Positions 49,550 to 55,798 of a DNA stretch of 55,798 bases are shown one piece after another (within the stretch, counting starts at the first letter, position 1; every line of letters starts with the position of its first letter). The notes beneath the pieces were generated by a model, which ran no database searches, had not been told where the DNA came from, and saw only the letters and a program-made list of their open reading frames with translations. This DNA is from Eremomyces bilateralis CBS 781.70 (Eukaryota). Made by a program: the position numbers and the translations under genes. The DNA is taken from the NCBI GenBank assembly GCA_010015585.1, contig ML975184.1. One strand, written 5' to 3'.

Positions 49550-51494
49550 TCAATTCTTCACTCCGTCCCTGGGAGCCAGGGATATCTTTGCGTGCAACGG
49601 TCCCTTCGCCCACAGCACATAGACCTTCTGATCGTTCCAATCTTCACTCTCTGGCAGGAGTTGGAATTCGAAGTTCCAAATTAGGCGGGCAACAATAAGC
49701 CTCATTTCTAGATACGCGATGCTTCCAAGAAAGTCAGTGATTGCCAAAAGTCGATCCTGATCGTCCTATGATTTTGTCCTGAAAGGGGCTAGCGACGACA
49801 ATCTCTGCGGCAAGGAGTCTCTCCATCTGCGACGAAGACGAGAAATTATGGGATGGACCACTTACTTCTTTCCAATGCAATTCCTTGGTCCCATGCTAAA
49901 CGGATGCAGAACATCAAAGCGATCGTTTTTGTATCGCTCGTCTCCGAGGAATCTCTCCGGCACGAACTCGTATGGGTCACGGAAGTTGGTGTCGGAATGG
50001 TACGACGCCCTTGATCAATCAGTCAAAATAAATCTGAGGAGCAGCTGCCTGTCGCAAAAGGGGAAAACATACCAATGCGAAACGCCCACCACCGTTCCGC
50101 CAGGAATCCATATGCCGTCGATGTACTCGCCTTCGCCAGGGACCACACGACCCAATGATGTCGGTATTGGGGGATAAATCCGCAGAGACTCCTCCAGCAC
50201 AGCGGTCATGTACCGACACTTGCTGACGTTATCGTAGCTGATGTCCGCTTCATTCTTGAAAGTCCCACGGATCTCCTTGACCAATTTCCGATAGACTCTC
50301 GGGGTCCGTAACAGGTAATAGAAGCATCCCGATAACAGAGTCGCGGTAGTTTCGCTGCCCGCGATAATAAGCACCTCGGAATTCGCCTCCATCTCCGAAA
50401 CCGACAACCCTTCGGGATCTCCCATTGTCTCTAAAATCTCGCCCATGAAGTCCGGTCGTGAGGTCTCCATGTGGATTCGTTTCTGGACTTTCGCCGTCGT
50501 TAGTGCGATATGGTCATCCCTACCTTTCTTGATCTTGGGCGGCAAAACAGCGTTCAGAAGCCAGAGTGCCCCTGGGATCAGCCGAAGACATTGGACGACC
50601 ACCACTGCGCGAAGAAAGTCGAACGTGAGTTTGATCCATGGGTGCAAATTGGCGTTCTCAAGGCACCCGAACGACTCGCCATACGCAAGGTCTCCGATGA
50701 CGTCGAAAGTGGTATAGTTCATCCAGGCCGCTAGGTCGACCTTCTGCCCTACCCGCTCTTTCAGTCGGATAACCAGAAGGTCAACGTAGCGCATTATCAT
50801 TGGCTCCTGACCCCTGAGGCTTTTTTCAGAGAACGATGGACTGAACAGCTTTCGAAGCCGCGAATGCATAGGACTTGGTGCATTTAGAATGCTCCAATCT
50901 CTCCCAGGTTGTCTCTCATATTGATCGGGATCCTACTGTCCGTCAACTGAGGTGTCTGGAGAATACCAACACATTCGGGCCTTCATCGAACCTTTTCCAT
51001 CTGGGAATATCGATGGCCACTCCGATACCCGTATATCTCGTGCCAGGCGCCAGGCGAATTGAAACTCAAGAGATTGATACCCACCCGCACAACCGGCCCA
51101 TATTTTTTATGAAGCTTGGCATATTCGAACACCAGGTCGCCATGGAAGTTTCTGTAGTGGTGCACGAAAGGGGTCGCATTTCGAAACCTGGGTCCAGGGA
51201 ACTTGGCGAGCGGATGGAAGTAGGCATTGTAAATCGCTTTGGAGATCAAGTAGATCAACGACTGCAAGCTTCCGTGTCAGTCCAAGCTTTCCAAGATCCT
51301 TCTCTTTTGCGATTTCATCTCCATCCCAAGCGCCGTTTCGAGGAGTTCAAGGCATAAAGCCGTTCAGACCATCACCGCTCCATTGTGAGAGCGAAAAGGG
51401 AAGGCTGGGTACGCACCGCAAGGATAGCCACCAAGGCCACACTGCCAGGTCGCATGGAATTCACCTGTGCAATCTGCGCCAATAAGCCAGCCAT
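49550..51494 (-). CDS. Cytochrome P450 monooxygenase (secondary-metabolism type, CYP65-like)
   Basis: N-terminal [12 protein letters not shown]-helix AGSETT, K-helix ESLR, PERF, heme motif [11 protein letters not shown]. Four introns. ATG at 51494. Confidence 0.93.
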
Positions 51495-52756
51495 CAGGGA
51501 GTTTCCAGATGTCGTGCAATAGTTTCAAATAAAGTAGCGGGCACACCTGACGCCCATAACAGTCGAGATAGAGGTTGTGCAAACCGACACGGATTTCTTT
51601 ATGGTTCAGTGCGACATACTTTTAACCTTCCCAATTCGATGGTAGAATTAGCCTTTCGTCCCCAATTAATTAGGTATAAAATGTGTGGGACCAACCCTGG
51701 TGGTACGTTCTTGGATTTCTCGACAGCATTGCTTTGCTGCATGAGTCGCGGAGCGAGCAGGCTATCGTGGGATTGGACTCAATGCAGTCTTGGAAGTTAA
51801 ACACCACCTACTCCAGCATCCAGCTTCTAACCCTTGCCAAACTCAAATTAGAAGATTTCTAGAAGCTGGTCGACGGAATGTTCCATATGACCAGATGCTG
51901 CACGTCGAAGGTTGGACCGCAGGAGTGACCACTGCATTCATCGGGGCTGGGAGCATCGGCCCATGTAGCCACCCAGTATTAAATTCATACCGCGATTGGA
52001 CATCTCCTTCTGCCACCATTCCGTGATCGGAGCGTTTTACGGAGTAGGGCCATTAGTGACCCGAAGACTGAAGGGGATTGAGAATTTGAGATCATCCTTG
52101 ACTCTTGGGTGTGAACATTGACAGTTGACAGGAGCAGCATTGCGTCGACATTCGATGCACGGCGGACCACCCTGTCTTACGATGCTTGTCGAACCCGGGA
52201 ACAGGCCCGATGTCCCTATCGGCGGATTCCACAGTTCGCCCAACAGCCACAGAACGAAATGGAGATTCATGCTGCCACTTTGCGAGCCAGTGGACTGGTT
52301 GTAACTAGTTCCACCACACCGGCTCGCTCCGTAGAAGTGATGCCAAATAGACAATGGGGCAGTGGGGTCCCATGTATGATGTACATACTATGTAGTAGCT
52401 TTCGCGTGGCAGCAGTTACTCCATCGACCTGGATGAGCTAGACTGGTCCTTGGAGCAGGATTCGCTTCACAAAGGCTCCAATATCCATTGCGGTCGACAC
52501 CGAATAAGAATGGTCGGTGGAGTTTCCTTGGTTTCGTTCTTCAGTTCTTGTGTCAATCCTTGTCCAATTGGGGGAAATAAATAATAGATCGGATTAACCG
52601 ACATGGTTGCACAGCAAGACAGTCGCAAAAATTGCTTGAATTTCTCCAGACGAACAATCAAACTAAATATGTACAGTTGAATGACGCTTCTCAAATTGTC
52701 TTGACGTTAAATTTCTTCACGGCTTCTTCGCTGTAAGGCACCGGCTTTCCAGCACT

Positions 52757-54328
52757 CTACAATCGTGCCTCGATCAGGTCAATAGTGTTGTCGGTAGCAA
52801 ATGCGCAAGGAGCCTTTTTGCTCATCACAGTCTCAGCCTGAGCCCGGGTGATGTATCTGGCTGCCGTCGCCGGGTTGTAACCAAGACCGCTGCGTTTCGC
52901 GATCGTAGCCTCGTCGATCGGAATATCGGTGTTCTTCTTGCCATCAGCACGCTTGTAGACGGTGATGACGACGCAGCCGCCCAAGCCCAGGTTATGTTGC
53001 AGCGCAACGTCGATGTCCTTGACGAGACGACCGTTGTTGGCCCATCCTCGCAACTGCCAGGTCAGTTCGGCGCACTGCGCAAGACCGGTGGCACCGAGAG
53101 GGTGTCCCTTGGAGATCAGTCCACCGGAGGGGTTGACGACGACTCGGCCTCCGTAGGTGATGTCTCCGTTGCGGACCAGGTGGTGGGCCTTACCCTTCTC
53201 GCAGAGGCCTAGCCCTTCCAAAGTGATCAATTCGTTGGTGGAGAAGCAGTCGTGCAACTCAACCACCTTCACATCGTCGATAGAGACCTTGGCTTCGTTC
53301 AACGCGGCCTTCGCAGCACGGCCAGTCATGTCATAGCCGACAAGAGACATCGCGGAGCGATTGTAGTGCTCGGGAGTGTCGGTTGCCAGGGACTGGCCAG
53401 CCATCAGGACGGCATGAGCCTTCAATTCCGGCCGGGCATCCAGGAATTTTTGGGAAACAATAACAGCGGCACCAGCTCCGTCGGAGGTGGGTGAGCATTG
53501 CAGCTTGGTGATCGGGTAGTAGATCATCGGTGACTGCTCAATCTGCTCGAGCGTGTACACGTCCTGGAACTGCGCGTACGGGTTTCGGGACGAGTGCTCA
53601 TGTGATACTCTTGCGATCTCAGCGAAATCCCTGGCTGTGGCTCCATACCTATAGGAAAAGGTCAGCATATGTGAGACTGAGCAGGACTTGTCCAATATAT
53701 AATGTCTCTGGAAGGAAATTCGCGTCGAACCCCCAGTCTCCCATCTTTTTATGAATAGGCGAAAGGCTGACTTACTTCTCCATGTACTCCACTCCGGCAT
53801 TGCCGAATTGTTGGGGGTTTGGAGGCGCCTGCTTCAAGCCGTGGGTCTCCGACAGCATCTTAATCCTCAGATCACCCGAATTTGGCATTTTCGGCGCACC
53901 CGTCACGTTCCCACCAAGTGGTCCCGGTTGCATCTGCTCAAAACCAATGACCAGCACGCAGTCATGGATCCCGCCCTTCACGAAGTTGCGGGCCATGTTC
54001 AAGCCTGTGGAGCCGGTTGCGCATGCGTTGTTGGTGTTATACATGGGAATACCCGTCATTCCAAACTGGTAGAAGCAGCGCTGGGCACGGCAGGTGTCTG
54101 AATCGGTCAATTTCGAGTCGGTCAGACCGGGTTTCTTCGCAGGAACTTACCTCCGACACAGAAGCATCCAATACCAGCCTGAACATCGTCATAGGTGACC
54201 CCAGCATCCAGCATGGCCTTTACACCGGCTTCGAAGGCCATCTCAGTGTAGAATCGGGTAAGACGGGGCTTGAGGAATTTACACATCCCCACCCCAAGGA
54301 CGTAGACATTGTTCTGATTGGACGACAT
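52757..54328 (-). CDS. SCP2-type thiolase (nonspecific lipid-transfer protein family) lacking the SCP2 domain, peroxisomal
   Basis: VYVLGVGMCKFLKPR, NNACATGSTG, ELHDCFS, SGGLISKGHPLGATG, QHNLGLGG, C-terminal -ARL (PTS1). Introns 54098-54150 and 53649-53775. Confidence 0.93.
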
Positions 54329-54503
54329 GGTGATAGCTACAAAGCTTGAACACACTTGATAGAGGCAGAGAAGGGTTTCTTAGAGACCAAACTTGAAGAA
54401 CCAAACTTGACGATAATAATTAGAAAGCGGCAAATTATGGAAGATCCAAACTCGCTGAAATATGAGAATGTATGCGCTGACTTAGACTGTCGTTGCTGCG
54501 GTG

Positions 54504-54625
54504 TTGCCCCATTGCCGGGGTTGCTCCATTGCCGGTCTTACTCCATTGCCGAGCTCGGTTGAGATGGCTGACAGCTGGTGTGGAGTGTGGAGTGTGGAGC
54601 GATCGTAGAGTTCGCAGATCCGAGG
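54504..54625. promoter_or_regulatory. Thiolase promoter: 3 x 17-bp CCG-containing repeat and a CCGAGG (FarA/Ctf1-type) site
   Basis: ttgccccattgccgggg / ttgctccattgccggtc / ttactccattgccgagc; palindrome CCGAGCTCGG 54549-54558; CCGAGG 54620-54625. Confidence 0.55.
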
Positions 54626-55024
54626 TCAGGGAAGATCTCCAGTATGTTCGCCAACCACTCAAAGCTAGTTAATGGGGTAGATTACTCATATTGGAGCTAT
54701 CAGTAAACAACTTTCGTGAACAACTTTGATGAACACAGTTCTTGAATGATCTCTTGAGCTTTCTGGGTGATTTGTCGTCCTTCATGATCATTCCCTTTGG
54801 CTCACGTTTGGTGGCTGGGATTTCGCAGGCATCGGCCGAGAAAGTTCCTGGGCATTAGCGGTAGACGTTTCCGTTTAAGCTCATATTTTCAAGGCTTTCA
54901 TTCCCAGTCACATAATTATGGGGATATCACCATGAACATAATTAGATCAAACCCAGAGAAGAACTGGTTTCGACCAAATTGGCTGTTCAGGAAGACATTT
55001 AATTAACATCGTGAGTGGAAGCCA

Positions 55025-55132
55025 CACGTGACACACACGTGGCTCTAAGTCACGTGCATCAGCTTGATCCATCATCAACTGTCGTGACTACAGTTCGGCT
55101 GACCTCGAAAAAGGTTCGGCTGACCTCACGTG
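55025..55132. repeat. Four CACGTG boxes and a 14-bp direct repeat
   Basis: CACGTG at 55025, 55036, 55051 and 55127; GTTCGGCTGACCTC at 55093 and 55114. Confidence 0.75.
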
Positions 55133-55299
55133 ACCCATTTCATCACCTAGAAAGTTCATCTAACCAAATTCGGAGGTCAGTTGAGCTTCATCAACAAATC
55201 CTATACTAAGATTTAATATATCACTATTGTTAGCTCCTTCGACTGAAGTTTGAAGCGTATCTCGATGTCTTGTCCAATTTATGAGTCAAAGCATATATT

Positions 55300-55798
55300 C
55301 TACTGACGTCGCTGTCTCTTGTGCGGGCTAAGTCCTTTCCAAGCATTTGAAGCCCTCTCTGCTGCAGCCCTCTTCGGACGCTGTCTGCGCACATCCTGAG
55401 ACCTAGAAATAAAATTTTGAGCACCGACTTGTGCAAATCTTTCGGCGTAGAAATCATTCATATCTCCAAAGTGATAATTCCATGCCATTGTTGGAGTGCA
55501 GGAAGTATACACTCCCCTTGTAGCGAGAGCCATATTCCGTGCTTCCATCAGTTCTATCGGGTCATTTTCCTGCCCCGTCTCTGCCAAAAAATTGGTCACT
55601 GTGCCAAAGTTACTACAGTTATATAGTACAGGCTGAAGCCGTCGACGTTCGATATCAGTAAAGAACTCTTCTAACGACGGAGGTTGCCAAGTAGGCTGTA
55701 GAGGGGATCGAGCCATAGGAATAGGCACAGTAACAGAGACTGGTAAAGACGAATAAGATAGAATAGGGGAAGATATAGGGGCAGGTGTAGGGGTCAAC
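55300..55798 (-). CDS. 3' end of a hypothetical protein that runs off the window
   Basis: Open frame of at least 165 codons with a Pro/Ser-rich part and a basic C-terminus (RPKRAAAERA...HKRQRRQ*). Family not recognised. Confidence 0.5.
   Translation of the reverse strand, partial: LTPTPAPISSPILSYSSLPVSVTVPIPMARSPLQPTWQPPSLEEFFTDIERRRLQPVLYNCSNFGTVTNFLAETGQENDPIELMEARNMALATRGVYTSCTPTMAWNYHFGDMNDFYAERFAQVGAQNFISRSQDVRRQRPKRAAAERASNAWKGLSPHKRQRRQ

Noticed and set aside
1..55798. tRNA, 5S rRNA, snRNA genes and a CAAX pheromone precursor
   Set aside because: No convincing cloverleaf, known RNA sequence or short CAAX-ending ORF was seen. A manual scan could miss them.

Overview
A 55.8 kb window of a filamentous ascomycete (Pezizomycotina) nuclear chromosome. 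It has short GT-AG introns with CTRAC/CTAAY branch points and no prokaryotic features. Genes, left to right: the 3' part of a RING-H2 protein, an ~8.2 kb gene-free stretch, a Zn2Cys6 transcription factor, GVP36 (BAR domain), a secreted Bys1/thaumatin-like protein, FKBP12, an R3H-associated protein, a ~3 kb island with a decayed free-standing His-Cys box (I-PpoI-like) endonuclease gene, leucine aminopeptidase LAP1, a MEK1-like FHA kinase, a 25-codon RPL41 gene that the ORF track misses, an HSL-family esterase, a conserved membrane protein, the STE3 pheromone receptor, an intronless 571-aa orphan, a Cys-rich single-pass membrane protein, a GNAT-like pseudogene broken by a TA-flanked insertion, a Pth11-like membrane protein, a cytochrome P450, a peroxisomal SCP2-type thiolase and a partial ORF. 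The strongest signals are the His-Cys nuclease relic, a palindromic cluster of MAT1-1-1-type sites in the STE3 promoter, the hidden RPL41 gene and a recurring non-coding 9-mer (TACTCCGTA). All family calls come from motif recognition by eye; no searches were run.
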